Source of the DNA: Lytechinus pictus
Taxonomy: Eukaryota
Reading direction: 5' to 3'
DNA: 64,000 bases
Assembly (NCBI RefSeq): GCF_037042905.1
Contig: NC_087246.1
Span: 8,806,001-8,870,000, forward strand
In this document: piece after piece, positions 53,720 to 64,000 of the stretch
Layout: each line of letters starts with the position of its first letter
Position numbering within the stretch: the stretch's first letter is position 1
Position numbers and translations under genes: made by a program
The notes under the pieces: generated by a model
Databases searched by the model: none
What the model saw: only the letters and a program-made list of their open reading frames with translations
What the model was told of the DNA's origin: nothing

Positions 53720-55676
53720 TATGAAGACTGACCCGGTAAATATCGAAATCCCTGGTACTGATCCCAATAAACTGAATTTGGTAGTGGATGCGATTAACAA
53801 ACATTTTGTTTCAATCGCTGCTGACATTCCCCCTTTTGACAAAGCGTCTTTACCTGCTTTCTTACCATGTCCATGCTCATGTCCTCATGTTCAAATTTAT
53901 GATGTGTACTTAAAGCTCAGGAAATTGCGGACTGGTAAAGCTGGATTAACTCATGACCTACCTCTCAGGATTTTGAAAGAATTTGCATATGAATTGTGTG
54001 TACCTTTAACTGATTTGATCAACCTATCATTCCAAACGGGAATAGTACCACAACAATGGAAAGAAGCTCAAATAACCCCGGCAACCATTAACAATCTCAG
54101 ACCAATCGCATTAACAAGTCAATTTGCTAAAATTGCAGAAGCTTTTATAGCCAAATGGCTTCTTAAAGATATCACTGACAAAATTGACTCACGACAATTC
54201 GTAAACCGCTCTGGTTGTTCGACCACTCATTATCTTGTGAGTTTGCTCCACAAAATGTATGAGAATGGCGAAAGGAGCAAGTCTATCCACAGTTGTGTGT
54301 ACTGATTTCACAAAGGCTTTTGATAGGCTGGATCATAACATCCTCGTTAGGAAGTTCATCAAACTCAATGTACGACCTTGTATCATTAAATGGATTATAA
54401 GTTTTTTGGAAAATTGTCAACAATGTGTAAAATATCAAGGCACTTTGTCTAATTACTTACCCAATCACGCTGACGTGCCCCAAGGGACAAAGTTAGGTCC
54501 TATCCTCTTCCTGATTATGATTAACGATGCTTGTGAAAACACATCAGTCGATTGCTATAAATATGTAGACGATCTTACTTTGTTGGAATGTCGTAAAGAA
54601 AATTATCCTTCTGACTTACAATCTACATTATACAATCTGGATCAGTGGTCCTCCCTAAACCACATGAAGTTGAACCCTTCAAAATGTTCTTTACTAACTG
54701 ACATACTCCAAATATCCTCCTGCTGAGCCAAGCTTTTATATTGATAACTTACCTCTACAAAAACTTCAATCTGTTAAAATTCTTGGTGTAAACGTCCAAT
54801 CCAATCTAAAATGGGACCTACATATGGAAATCATCAAAAAATGTAACAGGAAGTTGTACATGTTTAGGCTTTTGAAGCGATTTGGGCTGTCTCTATCGGA
54901 TCTAAAATTGGTATACATGGGCTACATTCGTCCTGTTATGGAATATTGCACCCCAGTTTTTAATGGTGGGCTTACAAAGAAACATGTAAGAAGTTTAGAG
55001 CAAATTCAAAAAAGAGCTTGTAGAATCATGTTGGGCCCAAACTACACAGATTATGCCAGTGCTTGCCTATCATGTGAAATTCCTACTCTGGAATACAGAA
55101 GGGAGAAACTCAGCCTGGATTTCGCAATGTCTTTAACCAAACATCCAGCATTCAGTACCTGATTACCTCCAAAAAACTTAACCACCAATCTCCGACATAC
55201 TCCTAGATATCAGCAATACAAATGTAAGACAAATCGATTTCCCAATAGCCTCATACCATATTTCATAGATCTCCTGAATAAAGACATGCCCAATCAATAA
55301 ACCCATTGCACATTTGAAAGCAATACCAGCCTACTTGCTATATCAAGTTTTTTCATGAATAAGGAAATCAACTCTTTTATTTAATATCCATATATTTTTA
55401 TTGATCTTTTACAGCTTACTTATTTTGTTTTTATTATTCTTAATTTACCTTTTCCTCATCTTATGTACATGTATATACATTTTCATTGCCTAAGTATTCT
55501 TGCCTATACATATATTTCTCATGTCATGTTTTACAAAGGTTACTGCTTTTTAATGTTTGAAATATGTAATGAGTCTTTTAATTGTTTTTACTTTGTATAC
55601 ATGGCCAATTCAGCCATTTGGCTGCGACTCATGTTTTTAATAAACCTTGAATTGAATTGAATTGATTGCAATTGCA
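53720..55676 (+). pseudogene. 5'-truncated, frameshifted non-LTR retrotransposon (CR1/L2-group LINE) reverse transcriptase
   Basis: Motifs LRPIALTS, DFTKAFD, VPQGTKLGP, YVDD and YIRPVMEY are split over ORFs 53709-54305, 54259-54726 and 54824-55162. The 3' end is AATAAA followed by a (TTGAA)n tail. Confidence 0.92.
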
Positions 55677-56602
55677 ATTTTATTACAATTGTTACAATGT
55701 TATCATGCAAAAGTAGCAAATAATGAAAGAAATTTCCCATTTATACTATACTTCTGAATTATTTTTTTCACCATTCCATGCTTATACATGTAGGTTTACT
55801 TTGTTAGGTTTACTTTGTTAGGTTTACTTAAATACTGCCAGATTGTTTTTATCTATATATATTTTGAGTATTGTGTGATATCAAATTAAATTATTTTGTA
55901 CCATTTTATCTTTTGTAAACATGTACAATTCAGTCACTAGCTTTAGTGCATGATTTTGATATAATGTTTGAAAAGAATTATATTTTTTAATACAAATAGC
56001 ATTAGGGTGGATTGAAAGTATCTTGTCAGAATTGATCTTACTGGATTTTACTGTGAAATGAACAACTCAATGAACAAAAAACACAAATATTTCATATTTG
56101 GAATTATATATAGCTGGTTTTCTTTACTAGTCTATTTATCATAATTTTCCATATCATAAACATGCCGAATGGGAGGAAAAGGTAACCTCTGCTATTTTGT
56201 TATGCACAGATATTATTTGAAACTACATTCAAAGTGCCAAATAACACAAACGTCTCTGTTATGCAGTACTAGTATTCTCTCTGACGGATAAGATATAACT
56301 GAGAGATCGATGGTGGAGGTAAATGTACATCGCATGTCCTTTATTCAACAAATTAAGAATGCAAAACCTTTCAACAAATGTTCTTATACTGTGCCCATCA
56401 AGTTTGGTTTGATCTTTGGTGTTGGTTGTTAGTTGAACAGATTTCATGTCTTTAGAATTAAAAAGTTATTAATGTTAAGTCAACAGAGTTAGATACAACA
56501 TCTTGATGAATCGCCAAGGCAGATGTCACTGTAATTCATCAGCTGTTTTCAAATCTATGTATTCAACTTGACCGGGGGGGGGGGGGGGGGGGGGTACGGT
56601 TA

Positions 56603-57017
56603 TTCTTCTCAGATAGCCAGGAAAATCACAACTATGCATTACAAATAATTACATGTTTGTAGATGTGGGAGACCTGAACCTTTCCCAAATTGCCTGGAAA
56701 TGTGCTTGCCATATATTTTGCTTTGTTGAGATATTGAGGGACAGCTGCTCCCCCCCCCCCATGTCATATGCTGATGTGAAAAGGAGTACACAAAAAGAGA
56801 TTTGCATTTCTTCTCAGATAGCCAGGAAAATCACAACTATGCATTACAAATAATTACATGTTTGTAGATGTGGGAGACCTGAACCTTTCCCAAATTGCCT
56901 GGAAATGTGCTTGCCATATATTTTGCTTTGTTGAGATATTGAGGGACAGCTGCTCCCCCCCCCCCCCCCATGTCATATGCTGATGTGAAAAGGAGTACAC
57001 AAAAAGAGATTTGCATT
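56603..57017. repeat. Direct tandem duplication, ~205-bp unit x2
   Basis: The two copies appear identical except for poly-C length. Confidence 0.92.
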
Positions 57018-57393
57018 ACCATTAAGTCTTTTACCGTTTATGCAATTTCATGTTCTGGGTTGCTTAATGTTTGAAAACATTTTCTTGAATAAAAAACTTT
57101 CACAAAACAATGCAAATTTGTCATTCATATTTTGTCATTATGTTTGGTGATCAGTTTTACATAGTTTGTTGGACCAGACACATAGACATGTGTACAGTGG
57201 TAAAAATTATTTCTTTTAGCATAATGATAATATCGATAGTGTATTTTGTGCAGAAGATAATGACACTGAGAATGAGAATTACATCCGACAAAGGAAGTCA
57301 AGTCATTTTCAAAAAGATATACTGCATGTTAACATAGTATCTTTATTGGTCGTCAAAAACAAGGTATACAATAATATTTAAAGCAATAGAACA

Positions 57394-58788
57394 TTTTTGT
57401 CTCGCCTGCATAGCAGAGGTAGACTATAGGTGTCGATTTTCCGCCGGCGGCGGCGTCAACATTGAAATCTTAACCAAGGTTAAGTTTTCGAAATGTCATC
57501 ATAACTTGCAAGTATATGGACCTAGTTCATGATACTTTGTTCTAAGGGTAATCAAGTATTACTGATCATCTTGTATAGGTTTCAGGTCACATGACCAAGG
57601 TCATAGGTCATTTAGGGTCAATGAACTTTGACCATGTTTTGGGTATCAGAATTGAAATCTTAACTAAGGTTAAGTTTTTGAAATGTCATAACTTTGAATG
57701 TATATGGACCTAGTTCATGAAACTTGGCCATGAGTGTACTCAAGTATAACTGATCGCCGTGCACAAGTTTCAGGGTCAAATGTCATTTATGGTCAATGAA
57801 CTTTGACAAATTTGGGGGTATGTCAAGAAATCTCATCAGAACAAAGTTTATGTACCTAGTTCATGAAACTTGGACATAAGAGTCATCAAGTATCACTGAT
57901 CATCTTGCACGAGTTAAAGGTCCCATGATCAAGGTCAAGGTCATTTAGGTCAATGAACTTTGACAAATTTGGGGGTATTTCTAGAAATGTTATCCAAACT
58001 TTGAAAGTTATGGATCTAGTTCATGAAACTTGGACATAAGGGTACTCAAGTATCGCTGATCATCTTGCACGAGTTTCAGGTCACATGATCAAGGTCAAAG
58101 GTCATTTAGGTCAATGAACTTGGACAAATTTGGGGGTATTTCTAGAAATGTTATCCAAACTTTGAAAGTTATGGCTCTAGTTTATATCATTTTGAAATAC
58201 TTTATCTCTCTTCTTAATTCTATATGAGATCATAATCTCTCTCTAGTTCATCTTGCACGAGTTTCAGGTCACATAATCAAGGTCAAAGATCATTTAGCTC
58301 AATGAACTTTGACCATTTTGGGGGTATATCTAGAAATGTCATCAAAACTTTGAAAGTTTACGGATCTAGTTCATGAGATTTGGACATAAGAGTAATCAAG
58401 TATCAATGATCATCTTGCACAAGGTTCAAGTCGCATGATCAGGGTCAAAGGTCATCTAGGGTCAATAAAATTTGACCATATTGTGGTAGCAACATCGAAA
58501 TGTTACCCAAGGTTAAGTTTTTAAACTGTTATAACTTTGAAAGTAAGTGTACCTATTGCATGAAACTTGTACATAAGGGTAATTGAGTATCACTGATTAT
58601 TTGCACGAATTTCAGGTCACATGATCAAGGTCAAAGGTCATTTTTAGAGGATCAATGAACTTAGTAATTTATTATCATATGACCAGTGTTTTTTTTTTTG
58701 AATACCCTTAGTTGTTTTCAAAAGTCAGTACTGCTGCTGTATTGAATCGTGTAATGCAGGCGAGACTGCCAGAGGCGTTCTACTTGTT
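57394..58788 (+). mobile_element. Helentron/DINE-like non-autonomous element with internal ~120-bp tandem repeats
   Basis: Subterminal inverted repeat GTCTCGCCTGCA (57399-57410) / TGCAGGCGAGAC (58755-58766), T-rich 5' end, 3' CTTGT|T end, and about 8-9 diverged internal units (AGGTCACATGATCAAGGTCAAAGGTCATTTAGG). Confidence 0.7.
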
Positions 58789-59280
58789 AAAGTAATCATA
58801 ATAGAAAATAGACAGTGTGCATAATATACCAATCAATAGACAAAAACACAAAAGAAAAGATACATGCTAAAGCTTCTAAATTGTAGTTATTAAATTATCA
58901 TTGATGTTAAATTATTCATACATTGTACGCGCTATGGTACTTTTTGTTTTAAGCGCCTCTAAATATCCATTATTATTATAAATCCATGTTTGTCTCCCTG
59001 AAGTGTCATCTACGTTTATTATAATTATACTACTACTACTACTACTAGTAATAATGATGATACTAATTATAATGATAATAACGTACAAAAAATTATTTCA
59101 AAAGAAATTGAATTTTATGAAGGAATTGGTAAATAAGCCACACATATTATATCTAGGCCAGATAAATGACCATATTTATCAAAATGATAAATATGGTCAT
59201 TTATCTGGGCAATACACAACAATAGAAATGTACACCTGATTGGAATTAGGGAAACAACATTATATGTGCATGGATGACAA

Positions 59281-59701
59281 TGTCCCCCTAAAGAATGGAT
59301 TCTATCAAGTGTCTCCCTAAGGTATGAATTATTTCTGTATATGTCTCCCTAAGGTATGAATTCTTACTTATGTCTCCCTAAGGTATGACTTCTATCTTAT
59401 GTCTCCCTAAGGTATGAATTCTTTCTTATGTCTCCCTAAGGTATGAATTCTTTCTTATGTCTCCCTAAGGTATGAATTCTTTCTTATGTCTCCCTAAGGT
59501 ATGAATTCTATCTTATGTCTCCCTAAGGTATGAATTCTATCTTATGTCTCCCTAAGGTATGAATTCTTTCTTATGTCTCCCTAAGGTATGAATTCTATCT
59601 TATGTCTCCCTAAGGTATGAATTCTTTCTTATGTCTCCCTAAGGTATGAATTCTTTCTTATGTCTCCTTAAGGTATGAATTCTTTATTATGTCTCTTTAA
59701 T
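59281..59701. repeat. 29-bp subterminal minisatellite (TGTCTCCCTAAGGTATGAATTCTWTCTTA), ~14-15 copies
   Basis: Period 29 read directly (59371, 59400, 59429, ...); each unit contains GTCTCC. Confidence 0.95.
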
Positions 59702-59939
59702 GTAGCAAATGTAGTTAAAATACGTTAGGAAGACAAAAATAATTCTAGGAAATCCTATATTTGAAACTGATTTCTGAAAATCCCCAAAGAGTTGTGATAA
59801 CAAAAGTAAAGTATTTTTCAATATTTTGCACAAATTTAGTAAAAAAATGATGAACCTAATCGATGTAACTAAAGAAAAATCAAATTGTCTCCATAAAGTG
59901 GCAAAATTTATACACGTCTCCGAAAGGTGCCATCTAGGA

Positions 59940-59940
<1 letters not shown>

Positions 59941-60026
<86 letters not shown>
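59941..60026. repeat. (TA)n microsatellite, right flank of the giant element
   Basis: About 43 perfect units. Confidence 0.98.
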
Positions 60027-60030
<4 letters not shown>

Positions 60031-60125
60031 AAAGAAATGGATGAAGAGAACAATGGTAGGCGTAGCTTAAATCAAGGTTCCCCAGAGCTATCTACCCTTT
60101 GGAAAAATTGGTGATGCCGAAAAAA

Positions 60126-60197
60126 TGTCTCTGCCGGGAATCGAACCCGGGCCCCCAGCTTTGAACGCCGGTGCCTTAACCACTAGACCACAGAGAC
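60126..60197 (-). tRNA. tRNA-like gene, anticodon TCA, copy 1
   Basis: GTCTCTG TG GTCT AGTGGTTA AGGC A CCGGC GTTCAAA GCTGG GGGC CCGGG TTCGATT CCCGG CAGAGAC A, then TTTTTT. All four stems pair and the A and B boxes are intact. Function unproven. Confidence 0.65.
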
Positions 60198-60531
60198 GGG
60201 TAAGTGGCTAGGGCGACCCCGATCCGATTGACCGTCAGATAGACAGATTTTCGATACTACACCAATTATAATTTCCTTTGTCGGGTGAAGGTGGGTTTTG
60301 AACAATGACAAGCCGCCATGCCTCAGCTGGATCAAAGCTATTGCTTTGATACAGTACACGTATGGGAGAAAGTATACAGATGTGTAAAGTTATACATGTA
60401 CAACAGCATTGGCAACTCTTTTTATTTAAATATTGTAAAGAAATGGATGAAGAGAACAATGGTAGGCGTAGCTTAAATCAAGGTTCCCCAGAGCTATCTA
60501 CCCTTTGGAAAAATTGGTGATGCCGAAAAAA

Positions 60532-60603
60532 TGTCTCTGCCGGGAATCGAACCCGGGCCCCCAGCTTTGAACGCCGGTGCCTTAACCACTAGACCACAGA
60601 GAC
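60532..60603 (-). tRNA. tRNA-like gene (TCA), copy 2
   Basis: Identical to copy 1 (+406). Confidence 0.65.
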
Positions 60604-60937
60604 GGGTAAGTGGCTAGGGCGACCCCGATCCGATTGACCGTCAGATAGACAGATTTTCGATACTACACCAATTATAATTTCCTTTGTCGGGTGAAGGTGG
60701 GTTTTGAACAATGACAAGCCGCCATGCCTCAGCTGGATCAAAGCTATTGCTTTGATACAGTACACGTATGGGAGAAAGTATACAGATGTGTAAAGTTATA
60801 CATGTACAACAGCATTGGCAACTCTTTTTATTTAAATATTGTAAAGAAATGGATGAAGAGAACAATGGTAGGCGTAGCTTAAATCAAGGTTCCCCAGAGC
60901 TATCTACCCTTTGGAAAAATTGGTGATGCCGAAAAAA

Positions 60938-61009
60938 TGTCTCTGCCGGGAATCGAACCCGGGCCCCCAGCTTTGAACGCCGGTGCCTTAACCACTAGAC
61001 CACAGAGAC
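60938..61009 (-). tRNA. tRNA-like gene (TCA), copy 3
   Basis: Identical to copy 1. Confidence 0.65.
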
Positions 61010-61343
61010 GGGTAAGTGGCTAGGGCGACCCCGATCCGATTGACCGTCAGATAGACAGATTTTCGATACTACACCAATTATAATTTCCTTTGTCGGGTGA
61101 AGGTGGGTTTTGAACAATGACAAGCCGCCATGCCTCAGCTGGATCAAAGCTATTGCTTTGATACAGTACACGTATGGGAGAAAGTATACAGATGTGTAAA
61201 GTTATACATGTACAACAGCATTGGCAACTCTTTTTATTTAAATATTGTAAAGAAATGGATGAAGAGAACAATGGTAGGCGTAGCTTAAATCAAGGTTCCC
61301 CAGAGCTATCTACCCTTTGGAAAAATTGGTGATGCCGAAAAAA

Positions 61344-61415
61344 TGTCTCTGCCGGGAATCGAACCCGGGCCCCCAGCTTTGAACGCCGGTGCCTTAACCA
61401 CTAGACCACAGAGAC
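61344..61415 (-). tRNA. tRNA-like gene (TCA), copy 4
   Basis: Identical to copy 1. Confidence 0.65.
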
Positions 61416-61749
61416 GGGTAAGTGGCTAGGGCGACCCCGATCCGATTGACCGTCAGATAGACAGATTTTCGATACTACACCAATTATAATTTCCTTTGTC
61501 GGGTGAAGGTGGGTTTTGAACAATGACAAGCCGCCATGCCTGAGCTGGATCAAAGCTATTGCTTTGATACAGTACACGTATGGGAGAAAGTATACAGATG
61601 TGTAAAGTTATACATGTACAACAGCATTGGCAACTCTTTTTATTTAAATATTGTAAAGAAATGGATGAAGAGAACAATGGTAGGCGTAGCTTAAATCAAG
61701 GTTCCCCAGAGCTATCTACCCTTTGGAAAAATTGGTGATGCCGAAAAAA

Positions 61750-61821
61750 TGTCTCTGCCGGGAATCGAACCCGGGCCCCCAGCTTTGAACGCCGGTGCCT
61801 TAACCACTAGACCACAGAGAC
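61750..61821 (-). tRNA. tRNA-like gene (TCA), copy 5
   Basis: Identical to copy 1. Confidence 0.65.
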
Positions 61822-62155
61822 GGGTAAGTGGCTAGGGCGACCCCGATCCGATTGACCGTCAGATAGACAGATTTTCGATACTACACCAATTATAATTTCC
61901 TTTGTCGGGTGAAGGTGGGTTTTGAACAATGACAAGCCGCCATGCCTCAGCTGGATCAAAGCTATTGCTTTGATACAGTACACGTATGGGAGAAAGTATA
62001 CAGATGTGTAAAGTTATACATGTACAACAGCATTGGCAACTCTTTTTATTTAAATATTGTAAAGAAATGGATGAAGAGAACAATGGTAGGCGTAGCTTAA
62101 ATCAAGGTTCCCCAGAGCTATCTACCCTTTGGAAAAATTGGTGATGCCGAAAAAA

Positions 62156-62227
62156 TGTCTCTGCCGGGAATCGAACCCGGGCCCCCAGCTTTGAACGCCG
62201 GTGCCTTAACCACTAGACCACAGAGAC
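62156..62227 (-). tRNA. tRNA-like gene (TCA), copy 6
   Basis: Identical to copy 1. Confidence 0.65.
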
Positions 62228-62561
62228 GGGTAAGTGGCTAGGGCGACCCCGATCCGATTGACCGTCAGATAGACAGATTTTCGATACTACACCAATTATA
62301 ATTTCCTTTGTCGGGTGAAGGTGGGTTTTGAACAATGACAAGCCGCCATGCCTCAGCTGGATCAAAGCTATTGCTTTGATACAGTACACGTATGGGAGAA
62401 AGTATACAGATGTGTAAAGTTATACATGTACAACAGCATTGGCAACTCTTTTTATTTAAATATTGTAAAGAAATGGATGAAGAGAACAATGGTAGGCGTA
62501 GCTTAAATCAAGGTTCCCCAGAGCTATCTACCCTTTGGAAAAATTGGTGATGCCGAAAAAA

Positions 62562-62633
62562 TGTCTCTGCCGGGAATCGAACCCGGGCCCCCAGCTTTGA
62601 ACGCCGGTGCCTTAACCACTAGACCACAGAGAC
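62562..62633 (-). tRNA. tRNA-like gene (TCA), copy 7
   Basis: Identical to copy 1. Confidence 0.65.
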
Positions 62634-62967
62634 GGGTAAGTGGCTAGGGCGACCCCGATCCGATTGACCGTCAGATAGACAGATTTTCGATACTACACCA
62701 ATTATAATTTCCTTTGTCGGGTGAAGGTGGGTTTTGAACAATGACAAGCCGCCATGCCTCAGCTGGATCAAAGCTATTGCTTTGATACAGTACACGTATG
62801 GGAGAAAGTATACAGATGTGTAAAGTTATACATGTACAACAGCATTGGCAACTCTTTTTATTTAAATATTGTAAAGAAATGGATGAAGAGAACAATGGTA
62901 GGCGTAGCTTAAATCAAGGTTCCCCAGAGCTATCTACCCTTTGGAAAAATTGGTGATGCCGAAAAAA

Positions 62968-63039
62968 TGTCTCTGCCGGGAATCGAACCCGGGCCCCCAG
63001 CTTTGAACGCCGGTGCCTTAACCACTAGACCACAGAGAC
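62968..63039 (-). tRNA. tRNA-like gene (TCA), copy 8
   Basis: Identical to copy 1. Confidence 0.65.
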
Positions 63040-63373
63040 GGGTAAGTGGCTAGGGCGACCCCGATCCGATTGACCGTCAGATAGACAGATTTTCGATACT
63101 ACACCAATTATAATTTCCTTTGTCGGGTGAAGGTGGGTTTTGAACAATGACAAGCCGCCATGCCTCAGCTGGATCAAAGCTATTGCTTTGATACAGTACA
63201 CGTATGGGAGAAAGTATACAGATGTGTAAAGTTATACATGTACAACAGCATTGGCAACTCTTTTTATTTAAATATTGTAAAGAAATGGATGAAGAGAACA
63301 ATGGTAGGCGTAGCTTAAATCAAGGTTCCCCAGAGCTATCTACCCTTTGGAAAAATTGGTGATGCCGAAAAAA

Positions 63374-63445
63374 TGTCTCTGCCGGGAATCGAACCCGGGC
63401 CCCCAGCTTTGAACGCCGGTGCCTTAACCACTAGACCACAGAGAC
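63374..63445 (-). tRNA. tRNA-like gene (TCA), copy 9
   Basis: Identical to copy 1. Confidence 0.65.
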
Positions 63446-63779
63446 GGGTAAGTGGCTAGGGCGACCCCGATCCGATTGACCGTCAGATAGACAGATTTTC
63501 GATACTACACCAATTATAATTTCCTTTGTCGGGTGAAGGTGGGTTTTGAACAATGACAAGCCGCCATGCCTCAGCTGGATCAAAGCTATTGCTTTGATAC
63601 AGTACACGTATGGGAGAAAGTATACAGATGTGTAAAGTTATACATGTACAACAGCATTGGCAACTCTTTTTATTTAAATATTGTAAAGAAATGGATGAAG
63701 AGAACAATGGTAGGCGTAGCTTAAATCAAGGTTCCCCAGAGCTATCTACCCTTTGGAAAAATTGGTGATGCCGAAAAAA

Positions 63780-63851
63780 TGTCTCTGCCGGGAATCGAAC
63801 CCGGGCCCCCAGCTTTGAACGCCGGTGCCTTAACCACTAGACCACAGAGAC
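63780..63851 (-). tRNA. tRNA-like gene (TCA), copy 10
   Basis: Identical to copy 1. Confidence 0.65.
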
Positions 63852-64000
63852 GGGTAAGTGGCTAGGGCGACCCCGATCCGATTGACCGTCAGATAGACAG
63901 ATTTTCGATACTACACCAATTATAATTTCCTTTGTCGGGTGAAGGTGGGTTTTGAACAATGACAAGCCGCCATGCCTGAGCTGGATCAAAGCTATTGCTT

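Larger units (their letters stand above)
60023..64000. repeat. 406-bp tandem array, at least 9.8 near-identical units, running off the window end
   Basis: An identical 74-aa ORF recurs every 406 bp; the only variant I saw is C>G at 61542 and 63978. Confidence 0.98.

Noticed and set aside
53709..55162. Reverse transcriptase as partner of the recombinase (DIRS/Ngaro-like retroelement)
   Set aside because: The RT motifs and (TTGAA)n tail are those of a non-LTR LINE. It is truncated and frameshifted, and I saw no gag or RNase H, so it is a passenger insertion.
59281..59701. 29-bp repeats as a CRISPR array
   Set aside because: The units are head-to-tail with no unique spacers, there are no cas genes, and the context is eukaryotic.
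60126..60197. Canonical tRNA-Sec or tRNA-Glu(TTC)
   Set aside because: It lacks the long variable arm and extended stems of tRNA-Sec. Centring TTC in the loop breaks the anticodon stem, so neither label fits cleanly.
60235..63707. Nine repeated 74-aa ORFs as a gene family
   Set aside because: They are a by-product of the 406-bp repeat, with a non-ATG start and no recognisable domain.

Overview
AT-rich, intron-containing animal DNA. The repeat content suggests an invertebrate deuterostome such as a sea urchin (inference). 1-11.2 kb holds the last 10 coding exons of a + strand TMEM116-like membrane protein gene, and 11-24 kb is intergenic DNA with nested MITEs and SINEs. The main feature is a ~35.7 kb segment (24204-59940) bounded on both sides by (TA)n microsatellite. 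It has imperfect terminal inverted repeats, repeated GGAGAC motifs near both ends and a 29-bp tandem array at its right end. It carries one 12-13-exon gene (~1,080-1,100 aa) that fuses a SETD8-like SET domain, zinc-finger-like motifs, a tyrosine recombinase domain and a C-terminal Myb/SANT-like region. I interpret it as a giant, Crypton-like, microsatellite-targeted transposon, expanded by nested MITEs, a LINE fragment and a Helentron-like repeat. Directly to its right (60.0-64.0 kb) is a near-identical 406-bp tandem array. Each unit carries a complete 72-nt tRNA cloverleaf on the - strand with a TCA (UGA-reading) anticodon and a T6 terminator. All gene models were assembled by eye from GT-AG sites and exon phases; no database searches were run.
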